Shown here one piece after another: positions 43,201 to 56,845 of a stretch of DNA of 64,000 nt. The position numbers and the translations under genes were made by a program. How positions within the stretch are numbered: position 1 is the first letter of the stretch; each line of letters starts with the position of its first letter. The stretch is from the NCBI GenBank assembly GCA_002189035.1, contig CM007989.1, forward strand, positions 1,240,001-1,304,000, written 5' to 3'. The notes below the pieces were generated by a model, which saw only the letters and a list, made by a program, of their open reading frames with translations, searched no databases and was not told the origin of the DNA. This stretch comes from Utricularia gibba. Lineage: Eukaryota > Plantae > Magnoliophyta.

Positions 43201-45066
43201 CAATGAACGCATTGTTGGCCTTGTAAAGCATGAGCTTTTGCACAGAGTTCATCGCAACGTCCATCAACTTTCCAGGCTCGAACGGTTATGTGGCAGGAGT
43301 TGAAACCACTTAAATCAAGACCATTTGCCTGAACACTTCTTTTAAGGCCAACATTTTCGAATTCCAAGATATCAGATTTTCCTTCTCCTGTTCCAACAGC
43401 CCACTCAAAATGATGATATTTTCCAAAAGCATCAGAAAACGCCTGATGCCAATCAACTTTAATGGTGTCCTGGGAAACCTGATTATCAAGATAGAAAATT
43501 CTCATTTTGGTAAGGGATAACAAGGTTCAAATCTAGAAACAATGCCTAGAAGCCACGACAAACCTCATAGTCGAAAACTGTGTCAGCCACACAAAACCAG
43601 CTTGTGCAGCGTGTCTCCCTACGTGCTCGCTCCAGTTCCTTCAATTCCTTGAATTCACGAATAACATTCTTTCGGCAATCTCGACAAAACCTTTTGCTGT
43701 CAAACCTGAAAGTAATTCATATTTAAATATCTAAGTTCAGAATATGAAACAAGTTCACCAGAGACAGAGAGCGACAGGTGTACCTATACATGAGCCTCTC
43801 AATGAAGTCCTCTTCTTTCATTCTTAGAAGTGAGTGATGGGTCTCCTCACTCAGCGCAGACCAGAAATCCACCAAAGTCTCCACAGACAATTTGGCTGTA
43901 TGTAGGGCACATGATTCCCTTGTTCCGTGACCTCTACCATATCCACCACTTCCTTGACTTATCCATCCACGAGCACCTCCACCACATGCATCAGGGTACA
44001 GCAATTCACGCTCTCTCTCCCTTGCACGTGCGCTATCAAACAACTGGAAACAGCATGTAGTCAAGAATGAATATGAATAAGTGAACCGCATATGATCAAT
44101 ATTCAAATGTGGAATACATTTTGGAGATCCCTTAAGGATTTTGAGTGGAAGTAACAGTCCAAAAGAGTGATCATTCCATCACGAGTGGTAGTCAAACCAC
44201 CCAAGGATGGACAGAAGGATCTTGAACATCATCTTGGCAATTATAAGGGCCAAAAAGGTCATGGATAGTATGATTTTCAGTGGATCCTGGATTGTACGGT
44301 CCACTTGCTGGATTAGGCTGCTGAGACTTTCCATACATCACAATCTGAAAAAAACCTTCAAGCAACAAACCATTGCACCTTGAACAATACATGTTCTTAC
44401 GGGCATGTTCGAATATTGTATGCTTATCAATCTTAAGAAGGTTCCGCCGAGATTGTATTGTCAGCTCACACCAAAACTGCACCAACGATGAAAACAAGAT
44501 CAAGAAAATGGAAAATTAGAGTAAAGAATCCAAATGGGTGTAACGCATGTAGATGAACTGGCACTAAAGAAAGCTAGATCCTACTTCCAATAAAAAAATA
44601 GGGCATGAAAAATCACTCTAGATATCTTCTCAGCTACAGTCACAAAATACATGCTTCCCGAGAAAAACATTTAAGTACCAAATTTCAACCTAACAGACAG
44701 TCAAAATGCATTGGCAAAATCGGACACCCGACTCCAGTTGCCTAGACAGACAACAACAGAAATAACATTTGAATCAACGAAAATTTTTACAGATACAGCC
44801 CAAACGTTTTGGATACATTTCGTTTTTCAACTACTGGAGTCAGAAAAAATAGTCGAATCCAAACACTACTCGAACAGAACCAATACCTTCTGAAGGCGAT
44901 CATAGCTGACATTATCAGAATGCCTTGACCAGAACCCATTAGCAGTAACAGATGCGCCATTGGAGTGGAATGCGACAGTTCCATTCCCCGTCAACGCATT
45001 AGAGAAAGCATAACCAGCGTCCTTATTTTTACTCGCGACGCTACTAATCTGCGGCACTCCTGGCAT
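40280..45066 (-). CDS. Large conserved plant protein (At3g58050/At2g41960-like, often labelled Nst1-like); two apparent frameshifts
   Basis: FWCELT...ARKNMYCSRCNGLLLEG, DPSVHPWGGLTT, RERELLYPDACGGG, SCALHTA, FCRDCRKNV, charged coiled coil, KKVWEP, SSNSDNCSSCLSEGDS, FSLFHFGGP. Confidence 0.85.
43069..43095. repeat. (AG)n microsatellite in an intron
   Basis: agagagacagagagagagagagagaga. Confidence 0.8.
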
Positions 45067-45943
45067 TTTATTCTCGGTTTTCAATTAGACTCCCCAATTC
45101 TCATCCCAAACACCAGAAAACTTCCTCCTATCAACAAAAGACATCAATTCAATCATCAATCGACAGGTAGAAACAAAAAATAAGCAATCAATGGATCACA
45201 ACTGATTCGGACACCAGATCGAGTGATGTAATCACGGATTCACAAAAATTAAGCATGCAAGCGTCGATTTGATTCGGTGAATCGGATTCACAGAACTGAG
45301 AACGAACCTTGATTGGATAGATCGAGAATTTAGAGAGGTTAGCGTGGAGACGTGGGGTTTTCGGTGATGGGAATGGGATTTTCTAAGGGCGCATAGAACA
45401 AAATCCGATGACAGATCATGGAAGAAAAATTGAGATGGTATTTTGTTTTTTCCTTTTTCCTCTCTCTTTTTTTTATCGGGACAACATCAACTGCCTCCTC
45501 CTATGTCATTCCTAGATCCAACCTTTACAATTATTCTAGCCCAATGGGCTGCCTCCATGGTATTTTATTTTTACCTTTCTTTCCCTCAAAAAAAAAAAAA
45601 TATTATTTTGTATGAGTAGGGATTTACTACCATTGAAAAAAAAATACCCATTATAAATTTTAGTAAATAAAAATTTAAATTAAAAAGCAATGCCATTTTC
45701 ATTTCATTAAAACAAAACTTAATTCATTCTAAAAATAGCTTATCTTAAATTCCAGATTAAATTTTCCAAACACTACCCATGAGTGAAAATGCATAACACA
45801 TACAAAGCAAGACATCAAAACAATGAGCATCATCACACGTTGAGAACAAGAGCACATGCAGAATTCAAGAAGCAGAAGTAAGCTATAAACAGCAACTAGT
45901 GAGTGACATGGCTCCATTAGTTTCAATTAGACAGTCTTTCACC

Positions 45944-48900
45944 TTAGAGATCATCCGTCTTCTGCAGTGAAGCATCATCTTCAGCCCCTGGACACTTCTT
46001 AAGCTTGGCGACGAGTATCCACATGTTGGCAAGTTCGTTCTCGAGGTACGCTTCCTTCTGCTTCGATTCTTCGATCTTTTTGTGCAGCTCTGCTTCAATC
46101 TGCTCCCTTTCAGCCAGTGCAGCCTCGAAAGAGAGCTCCCTCTCACGGCTCAGGAGGAGTTCTCTCTTCACATCTGAGTTCATCACAGCTTGTTCCTGCT
46201 GCTTTCGAGCATAACCATCTTTCCGTAGGTTCCGGGTGGGCGGCGTCGTGCGGCGCTGAGCCGGTGACTTCTTTTGTGCCTCCAGTTCAGCAGATAATCG
46301 GTTGTTGTGGTTCATTAGCTTTGCGACTTCTTCAGAGAGGGCCTTCAACTCCACTGCTGCTGCGGATGCTAATCCCTTGGCATATGAACTCTCTTCGGCG
46401 AGTTTCTTGTTGCGTGACTCTAGCTCTTCTTTCAACTCCATAAACCCAGCAACTTGTTGTCTCAGTTCCTGAATCTCAACTTCCTAACACAAGCAAAAGC
46501 ATAGGGTTAGCCGTATCATTCCAGCTCTTCACATCCCCCACACCACAATTTAAGATTAACAGTTAAAAGAGATTCTCATGTATTGATCTCTATTAAACAC
46601 TATACAACTTTGTCAGTGCATAGACACAGCTGTATTTATGGAAATCTGGAAATATTTTTAAACCTGTGTTCGCAGAAGCAACATATCATTTGAGTTCACG
46701 GGCACTGGAGAAACGTGACTGCCCAACGGATTGGAATTTCTCTTTTCAAGAGCATCAGAAAGCTGCTGCTTCAATGAATCAACTGTTCGTTGCAATTCCT
46801 CACATTCTAATGTCTGGAATAAAAAAAACCCATGTTAGGTGAACACCCTCTTGAATCAGAAGATTAGAAGGAATAACCTGAAATGGAATCATACTTTATT
46901 ATTCAGCTGGTCCTGGATTACTCTGTTGTCTGCGGCTTTAACCTGAGGAACCAAAGAAAATGCCTTCACTGCGGGAGAAGTGATCTTAAAAGGGAAAACC
47001 ACTAATATCTGCGCACCATTAATATATAAATTATATCCAGGTGCAAACTGCATTACCTCGAGCTCCAGAGATTTCTCGTTTAACTGAGCAGTGAGTTCAG
47101 CTACTACCTGAAGAGCGAAAGAACAGTCCCAGCTACAAACACTGTTTGAAAGATCATTCTCTAGGATTTAAATGGAAAATATTAGAACATACATGGGATT
47201 CTTCCAGTCCATCCTCTCGGTGTGGCCTGATGGAATCATTTATTTGCTTTCCTATGAGAGCGATTTGATTCTTTTTCTGTAGTATTTCTTCTTTCAGATT
47301 ATTAATCTCCATCTGTCATAGGAAAGAATATTCTTAAGAATACTGCAGAACAATTTCTAAGAATAAGACCAGGAATAACAGGGTTACTTGAGTGTTCTCT
47401 TTCGGATTCTTCCCAGCCTCCTCAGATAATCGTTTCAAGGTGCTAATATGAAGTGCCATGTCACCTGAGAGTATCTTCTGCTGCTCTCTCAGAAGGTCAA
47501 TTTCATCCATGTTCTTCATGTCAGCCTATTGCAAATACAGAATTTAATTAACGACATTGCAGCAACAGCATTCCATTGACACAAAGAAGTCCAAAAAACG
47601 GCAATACTCTATCCCCCCTACCCAAGGGGAAAATGTAGTGATGTGCCTGGAATCATACCAATGAAGTTCCCTGCTCCAAAAAGCAGTCGTCATCCTCAAA
47701 GGCATCCTCATTATGCTTCATGCCGATGGAAACATCATTTTCTATGATTCCTGAAGGCGAAATTCTTGCATCTGAATCAACATTGGAACTCACACCAGGC
47801 GGAGTAGACGGACTACTTTCTGATTTGATTCCATTTGATTTCTCACTGGAGTTTGCAACAATTCCGTTTCCGGTTTCTTTTTTCTGAAAGGCCAAAAATA
47901 CAATGAAATTTGATCAAATAAAAAAAAATTCAAAACAAACAAGACAGACAAATGACTAAAATTAATAGGAACCAAATAATTCAAATAGGCATATATAAAT
48001 TAGAAATAACCTACTCGTAACTTTAACCAACTCATAAGCCCATTTTTCTTGCTCTTTTTCTCATCTCTCGACTTATCATCTGCAGTGTCAACATTCCCAT
48101 CAAGAGGAACAAGGATGTCTGTATTGTCATCACCAAAGAAGAGGTCACGTCTTCTATGTGGGAGATAAGCAAGCTGTCACAACAAAACAACAGTACCAAA
48201 TGGCCTTTAATAAACAGCTTACTGCAAGCGTTTAAACACCAGATCCCATGATAAATTTAAGATAATCAAAGAAAAAAAATGAAAGAGAAGGGGAGAAAAA
48301 ACTGCAAGAGCTGAGACGAAATGAACCTCTTCTTCCCCAAAGGAATGCCTTCTCAATTGCACTGAGCGTTGAGGAAACCTTGATGGCTGAGTAGCCTTTG
48401 TAGACACAAGAATTAACTTCGTCAGCCTCTGTATCCTGCCCATTAAAGCAGCTTTCGCTTCTTCTTCTTGTTCTAATCTTGACTGTAGCCGTACTTGTCC
48501 ATCTTCAAGCTTCGCATGCCATATATGAAGAAAAGAGCGATCGCTCAGCAAGATAACATGAAATAAATGAACAAAATAAAATGGACATCTTGGAGATAAA
48601 GCTCATAAATAACTGTCCTTGTTAGAAAAAAGCCCAGATCAAATACGGACTATGCGACCAACTGAGAAGGGTTATGAACATGTTCCCTCCAAATTCAATT
48701 TCCACCATTTCGCCCAAAAGATGTACAAAACAAGAAGAATGAAACATATTTAAATGAGGGCACACAGACAGACCAAATGATTTATTTATTTCTGGAAACA
48801 ATTATAATGATTAAAATTCGTCTAATTATTAGACACACAATCCAATCACATTACCTTCTGCTTTAGGAGCAGGATATCACCATCTGCATTATCCGTCAAC

Positions 48901-51900
48901 TGTGGCACAGAAATTATCCCTCTCTTGAGATGCTCTAGCTCTTCCTTTAAGCAACGAATCTCATTTTGATACTTTTTGATAAGTGATTTCTCATCAACTA
49001 TCTGCATGTTGACACAATTATTTAATGGAAATGCTAATTTTTTTAATCTTCATAATGCTTGTCCTAACTGCACACACCTTGTTTTTGGCAGCTTGAATTT
49101 CAATGTGTTTTGCCCTGTGTGCGAATTTGAGAGTGTTGTGAGTCTCCTCAGAATTGCTCGATGAGGGAGTTACAGTGCATATCAGCTGAAAATTCAAAAG
49201 ATTTTATAAAAATAAAACTAAACATCACATGCAGGCCATGTAATGACGTTTCAGTGGAGAAGTCACCCTGGGATCACAGAATGTATGAAATGTAGCTCAT
49301 TCAAACGTTTAAGGTTAAATACTCACAGATACACGCCCATTTCCGCTAAGTGAGGACTGAAGGAGCCTAGTCAGCTTGGAGTCTCTGTAGGGTACATGTG
49401 CAGATTTCCCATCTGTTAGTTTGGAGATGACCTATTGATACCACAAAGAAAACAGCATTTTCATGTTTATGGCAATAAAGTCAACATATAGAATTCATGT
49501 TCCTCACAGTTCCAAGCGTCAGCAAGCTCTTATTGATATATGAACCTTCTTTTCTCCGTAAGCCCGTTGTCTCCACTCTTGAGCTCTCTGATCCAGCCAA
49601 GTCAATCAGGTTCTACAAATATAGGTTCATAAAATTAAGAAATGAATTTTCAATGGTGCATGTGCCCACAAACGGACACTGAAACTATTGAACAACTTAA
49701 ATACCAGCTGGGATAACGTAACAGCTTGGCCTTCACAGTTTTCACCACAAGGGCTACTCTCAATGGTCTGCAAGCAAAGCATAAGAATTAAAATGCAGAT
49801 TGTTTGGAGGACTGATAAAGAAAAGGAAACACAGAATTAGTTCTACCAGAGTGAAGATTGTATGACTTCTACTACTTTGTAAGTTGAAATTCGTAGAACC
49901 CACATGCCTATGTTCTGCATGACATAAAACCAATCATTTGTTATCCATAATTATCCCAGAAACAGAAGGCCCTACCAATCACTTGAAGTGAAGCAGTGTG
50001 ATACGGACACTTGCAGTATTGAAGAAGCATCACAATATCAGTAAAATATGAACCAATAATGGTGATGCTACGTATCAAGTTTACCTTCTCCAGCAGCAAT
50101 AAGGGAAAGAGCATGTGCTGGAGATAATACAACTTCTTCCTTGACTCCTTCAACATACGTTCCCTGCAATAAAAACGTCTTTCAAATTCAAGACAATATA
50201 CAAATTTATTAGATTTGTAACACGGCCAACCTGAGAATCTTCCCTTATTCTCAAGTTTTGTCCAGCTGGATTTAACAAGTCATTGATGACCTGAAACAGT
50301 TAAAGCAGATAATATTGTTTACTTTATAAAAATGGCATCATGTGCAATCGAGAAGTTTTAAAAACATCCAGAAAACATTCAGCACTATTGAGAAGTTCTA
50401 AAGAGGATACTGATGCCATCTCATTAAAAATGAAGCTAAAATGTAGCAAAATATGGGGTTAAATGCACCAGGCCCATCTTTGAGGAAATCATAGCAGGAG
50501 AAAGTGTTGGTGAACCTGCCAGATGATTTCTAATATTTGTAGCTATGTTATGTAATTAGACCAATTCCATCAGTTAACAACATCTGGCATAATTCAAGGT
50601 AAAAGACCATACACATTTCTCTTCATACCAACCAAACGTGAATTCAAGGTAAAAGGCCATACAAGTTAAAAAAAAAAGGTCAGATGGGTGGAGAGTCTGA
50701 CCTCATTGTATATTTCCAGATACGAGACACGGAGAAGAAACTCCCGGGTTGGTGTCTGAAGTAGGCATGACATATTAAAGCGCTGGTTATTTAATGATAC
50801 CTCGCAAAAGTAATGAAAGTTCATTACCTCTTGAATAATGCTAAAAGCATCTTTCACTGCCAATGGTATAATACCAGGAGACCTCTGATCACCCTATAGT
50901 TTAAAGAAGCATCCATAAAAGAAAGCAAGTGAAATTAAAGGAGAGTACGAATCCCCAAAGTAAAGGAGGACAAGATTCTGTGAAATCCATCCAAGCTAAG
51001 TGAAGGTCAGACTTACATGCATGGTATGAGTCTTTCCACTACTGGTGACCCCATATGCAAATATTGTACCTATGATTAGGAAACAACATCAACTAAATGC
51101 TTCATCAGAAGCACATTCTGGCTTCATAAATACCAACTGCACGAGTATCCTACATTCAATAAAGCACCTTCTGGAGAAGACCAGTCTCTCGTAAAGCAGT
51201 GAGAGCTAGACTAGAAGTTACTGTAAAAACTATGTATAATGTACATAGATACTCAACATGCCAGAATAGCAAAGCAAACCGTGTTCAGTCACCTAGGGAT
51301 GAGATAATGCTACTAATCATCCATTCTATTGTAACGTTCATGAATGACTTATGCTGATGAAGGATTGATTCGTACATTATGATGACTTCTCCAAAATATC
51401 AATATTCGGTGAACACAAATTACGGATTTGAATCAAGGAATGCACATACCATTGATACCATCCATTGCACCACTGACAACATGCTGTGCAGCAACATCAT
51501 AGACATGTCTTGTCGTAGTAATAGGGCCAAATACTCGATCTGAAATGTGCATACCACTATGACTGAGAAACCATCATCTCTGAATTACACAAAAAACTAC
51601 TAGATAGCTCAAAAGCTAAAGCCCACTCGACCATCGCCCATGCACATGGATAAATCAACTAGAGCTTCCAACACATAACCACCCCCCACACAGTACGAGA
51701 ACTAAGAAACACTAAGTGACTCCCACTGAAAAGATTAGAATGCGATAGATGACAAAAATGAGACAGTGATCGACATATTTTATCGAATAGAAATAATATA
51801 GAATCCCGTTTCTGAAAATGTACCATATGCATAAGCTGTTGAAGTGTTATGCTCATTCCTCACAATATTGTCCCCATCGGCATACCAAGCAATCTCCTCC

Positions 51901-52257
51901 CCGTGGCGGATTTCCCGCGGACTGCATAGAAGTGGTCCAACTGGTCAAGAAGTGAGAATACGAAAAAGAGCCACATAAAATTCCTTCACTAATTCACTTT
52001 TTCATCTACCTCAGAGGACGGAACCGCACAGTAACTGTTATGTTCTCCTTAGACCTTTCAACGCTCACAGAGGCACTTTCTGTGTTGAAGTACGGAGGTT
52101 TACTTTGCGCAGATGATGACGCGGGTGAACTCATGCCGTCAAAGGAAGGCTCCAGTTGCCGAACAGAAGAAGACGTTGTTGACGATGCCGGCGAAATGGT
52201 ACTATTATTCGCAGCAGTAATTCCTCTTAATCTCGATCCCTGACGAGAAGCCGCCAT
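45944..52257 (-). CDS. Kinesin-7 (CENP-E class), KIN7K/At3g12020-like, about 23 exons
   Basis: [24 protein letters not shown] (P-loop), [34 protein letters not shown], and a coiled-coil tail ending [18 protein letters not shown]. Confidence 0.94.
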
Positions 52258-54448
52258 TAACTACCCTACGACAAAACAATCACAATCCACTTCTTAAAAC
52301 GGGAGCAAAACACAAAACAATCGACAAAAACAACAAAATTACGCGATTCCGAGCCACAACAAAAGCAATGCAGCTCCAGAAAACGGAAACAACATTCCCC
52401 CGCCCTCGCCTCTCAGCTCAAGGCCTACTCCACACACATGAAAAAGCAAAACAACTCACAATTACCTCCTCCAATTAACGCTATCGGCAGATCTCCTGGC
52501 TGCGAGGGGCTATTAGAAGACGGCAGTGGGGTTAAACGGTTGCCGAGAGGAGGCGCATTGGCGTCGGGAGAAAGGTAAGCATCAAATTGCTGAAAGCAGA
52601 AGAATGAAAAGGAGACTCGAAAAGAACTCGTCGTCTCTTTCTTTTCTTCCTTCCTTCCTTCCGTCCGTCCCGAAAGGGTGGGAACAAGCGGAAGACCCCA
52701 AACGCGGCGCGTGATAGAAAGGTGTGTTTTATGAGGAGAAAGAAGCAGGTGCGTAGTGGCACGCACGCACGCCATTGAATTTATTTATTTATTTATTTAT
52801 CTACATATATATTCATTCATTTATTGAAAGGAGATTTTGGAATGGTGGAACTGGTGTCAGTTTTGTAAGTATTTACGCGAGGAGGGCCTTGGGGTTGTTA
52901 TCGTCATTAATTGCTTCGCCCTTCACATCACTTCCGCATGTGAATCCCGGATTATACGATCGAAACCTATCATTTTTTAAAATTCAATTTAATATTATTT
53001 TTTTATAAAAATTACAAAAATTCTGTTTACAATCATTTTAAAGATCATGTGTTGCAGAAAATATAGTTTAATGTTAATGCATGATTTAACTTAATAAATA
53101 ATATTACGTCGTCACATTTAATACATGATTTTCACATTTTTTTCATGGTGTAATGCTTTTATGTTGGAAGTGTCAAACATATTATATTTTTTTAAAAAAA
53201 TATTTAATTTCATAGTATTTAATATTATGCCAGCATCAAATCCTCTTTTGCTTATATTTTAATGTTTTAATTTTGCAATTTGTTGCAAAAACCATTGATT
53301 TATATATATCACAAAAAATAAACTTTTCAGAAACAATGTCTAATTAATTACATTGTTCAATAATGTAATGAATATTACCCAGTTACCAATCTTTTCCAAT
53401 TATTTTGGGTTTTGAAAAAGAATAATAATAATTGAATATGACTTTTTTAAAGACTTTATGCATTATTTATTTAGAATCTACTTAATTATATTTTTTTGGA
53501 AAAATAAATATTTTTAATAATATAACATTATATCTTTATCTTACACCATTTTAAAAATAAAAATACTTCTAAATATTATATATTACTTACATTTAGTAAC
53601 AAACTATTTAAAAACACCTTTTAAAAATGTAATGTAATCTGAAAAAACGTATGATGAAAATTTGTAAAACAAATGTGATATGTTTTTTTAGGTAATAAAT
53701 GCTTCAAAATTTATCCAAATTTAAATACCTCTATCAATCTGTACTGCAGAATATTACACCATAATGGCATTGCTATATCACGTAGTATGCAATCAAACGC
53801 ACAATGATGAGGTCAATAAAGCACCCCATGACATTATTCTACCAGAACCCTAGGGGTGGGTGGCCGCTCAAGAAGCCACATCATTTGGCTCTGTTGTGTG
53901 CAACAGTGACACATCAACAAGAACAGAGAGAAACTGAGAGGCAGATGCATGAACTGATGCGGTTGTTCACTGCATCGCCTTCTATAATCACATTGGCAAT
54001 CTTTAACATGATTTTATATTCCTGCAATAATTAGGTAGGTGCACAAAAGGGAGGTTCAACAAACACTACTGGACTGCAAAAGCTACAAGCAAAGTGACCA
54101 ACCTTTTGTTGTAACGAAGAACAAAGGTGGATGCTTCTCCAACACAAAAGTAAAACATACGGATGGCAACAGCAGGAGGCATCAAATGATTCTTGTATGA
54201 GGAGAAGCACCAAATGCCAATAATCAGATTTGGGAGATCAAAGTACTACTTGGGTTGCAGTGAAGGCCTTACGTTTTGTGCCGCATCAACTTGGTTGCAC
54301 AATAAACGGTCTCATGAACTAGAGTTTGCTCTTGAATATGATGTAGTGATACTTGAACCCATCTGGATAAGGATTATGGCCAGCTGATTACACGCCAAAG
54401 AAACTAATTGATGGGGGCATCCAAAAACTTTCTCAAACCTGTAACCCT

Positions 54449-55803
54449 TTAACTAGATTTCTTGTGTTGAACTTTAGAAACATGACTCTCCTCTATTTGT
54501 CTAGTGAGCAACGACACACCGTAATGGGCTGTGCTTGAAGCAGCGTAGTAAGATGTAACAGTAAGTTGAGTGAATTTTGGAAAAGCAAAACCTGTAAATA
54601 AAAGCAAAAGTGGTTCATTCGTGCGCACAGGGAGATGGAAAGCTGAAACAGCATTTACAGAACGTGAAAACTCTTACCCCAAAAGCAGCTGAAAGCGTTA
54701 TAAGGGGAGGAAGCTGAAAGATAGAAAGAGTATGATTGATGAGAAATATGTTACTAACAACAGAGAATAGAATCCTTCTGATTAACTTCAGCAGGACACT
54801 ACAAGTTTAAGAGAGGACCAAGATGAAAGAATTAAAACAGGCAAAGAAATATATCACCCCAACAACAAAAGGAAGCCACTTTGGCCCTTTAAAGTAGTTT
54901 TGAAGGCAAGGAATTCCTGAAAACAGCAGAGGAGAGGACGTGTCAAAAAATTCTACAAAACATTCCAACGAATATCAAAAGAAACATTAGTATAGGTTTG
55001 CGATTATACCAGTGTTGACACCAAAAACACCACTAAGCAAACCACCCAAACCTATGCCTGCCTAACAAAGAAAGAACGAGAATTTATTACAGAACCGCAT
55101 GTGTTCAATTACAGAATCCAATAACTCGTTAAACCAAAGAACAATTACAAAAGAAAATATCAAGATACGATTAGAAATTCTTGGAATCCACATTCCCTGG
55201 CCATACAAAGTTAAAAACAGATGATTCAAGAGAAACAGAAAACTGCATTCAAAATCTAATATAGCAGGAATTTAGAAAACTGCATTCAAAATCTAACAGA
55301 AAACAGTTAGATTTTGAATCTAATAAAGCCATAGAAATTATTGGCTTGAACATCAGCATTCTAGGATACAAAAATAAGCCAAGTTAACTGCAAGGAAATC
55401 TAGAGCTTTTTTTGTGATAAACAGCAAGTTATATGATCAACTCTGTGATAAACATAACGTCTTTGTGACAAGACTTGAACAAGGAAAATAATTCAGGATT
55501 CTATTCCATATGGCAACAGAAATTCAAGTGTAACTTACCACAGCAGAAGCACTGTGAAGAACTGAAGTAATTTCCCACTCAGAAGATCCCTGGCAACCAC
55601 CAAAGTTCAACACATGTAAAAGAACACGAAAAAGTTGGCAAATCAACACAAAGTCACCACAAAACGAAATGCCCTACCTCGGATTTTTTCAAAAGAGATA
55701 GACAACGTGGGCAGCGCGCAGCACCAAGCCCAGGATTAAGTGTCGGATCGCGAGGCAAATCCCCTCTCCGAAGCTTCTCCTCGTATACTTCTCGAGTCCC
55801 CAT
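54449..55803 (-). CDS. Small conserved plant protein of unknown function with hydrophobic segments (6 exons; apparent frameshift at 54677-54680)
   Basis: Exons ~55803-55678, ~55588-55538, ~55059-55008, ~54917-54859, ~54713-54678, ~54585-54449 give MGTREVYEEKLRRGDL..DPTLNPGLGAARCPRCLSLL / WEITSVLH / GLGGLLSGVFGVNTGIP / KGPKWLPFVVGLPPL / AFPKFTQLTVTSYYAASSTAHYGVSLLTR. Only exon 1 appears in the ORF track. Confidence 0.8.
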
Positions 55804-56042
55804 TTTCCAAAATGTTCTCGTTTCCCCTCGTGTTCCTGTCTCGCAGGGAAACATAACACTGGGCCTAGGCCCAAACTTGTCAAGCCCAACTATACTTAGT
55901 TTTGAGTACGTGCTTTTAATATATTAGGCCCGTTTAGGACGGTATTCTCTGAGCGGCCCGTTTCAGTGCAATAAACCCTAATTCCATTCCAACTCTGTAT
56001 AAGCGCGGCCGTAGCTCCTCCTCTGAGAAACCGTGAAGCACA
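55804..56042. promoter_or_regulatory. About 240-bp bidirectional promoter with telo-box and site II motifs
   Basis: AAACCCTAA at 55973-55981, TGGGCCTAGGCCCA at ~55860-55873, and further GGCCC/AGCCCA motifs. This is the typical arrangement for ribosomal-protein promoters. Confidence 0.7.
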
Positions 56043-56845
56043 ATGCCGGCGGGTCACGGTTTGAGGTCGCGCACGAGGGATCTGTTCGCGAGGCCGTTCC
56101 GTAAGAAGGGCCCTACTCATTTGTCGACCTACTTGAGGGTCTACAATATTGGAGACTATGTCGATGTTAAGGTCAATGGTTCCATCCACAAAGGTATGCC
56201 GCACAAGTTCTACCATGGTCGCACAGGTCGTGTGTGGAACGTCACTAAGCGAGCTGTTGGCGTTGAAATCAACAAGCAGGTAAGAAAGCTTGTGTATTGG
56301 ATCCTTGATTCGCTGATTTTCAACAAGCTTTCAACTCGTTAATTGCTCATTGAGTTTTCTCTATCGGTGGTTTGATAATTGTAGTGGGATATCAGCTGCA
56401 TTGTGTTTGATTGATGACTTGGTTTAAATGAAAGCGTATGTAATGCTGAACCTGCAACCCCTCTGCTTTGATCCATGTGTTGTTTTCACTCTTCGTTGTG
56501 CACGAAGAGAGACATGAAGCGAGATTCCCGAAAAAAAAAAAAACTGAAAGAGTGGTGTTTAGTGGCTGAGTTTGTGAATATATGCAGGTAGGGAATAGGA
56601 TCATAAGGAAGAGGATTCATGTCCGTGTGGAGCACGTCCAGCCATCTAGGTGCCATGAGGAGTTTCTACAGAGGATAAGGAAAAATGATGAGCTGAAGGC
56701 TGAGGCCAAAGCTGAAGGAAAAATCATCAGCACCAAGAGGCAACCAGAAGGACCCAAGCCCGGGTTTATGGTCGAAGGAGCCACCATGGAAACTGTAACG
56801 CCCATTCCTTACGATGTTGTCAATGATCTCAAAGGAGGGTATTGA
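56043..56845 (+). CDS. RPL21: 60S ribosomal protein L21 (eL21) (exons 56043-56279, 56588-56845)
   Basis: [15 protein letters not shown]...[12 protein letters not shown]...[10 protein letters not shown]...[11 protein letters not shown]. Confidence 0.98.

Noticed and set aside
52532-52582. 16-codon uORF in the kinesin leader
   Set aside because: Short, with no recognisable conservation; such uORFs are common.
53840-53860. AACCCTAG as a telomerase RNA template
   Set aside because: No USE/TATA Pol III promoter and an incomplete template.
56410-56550. TGATGA...CTGA pairs in the RPL21 intron and in its 3' region (~56970-57103)
   Set aside because: Wrong spacing, no terminal stem and no rRNA complement.
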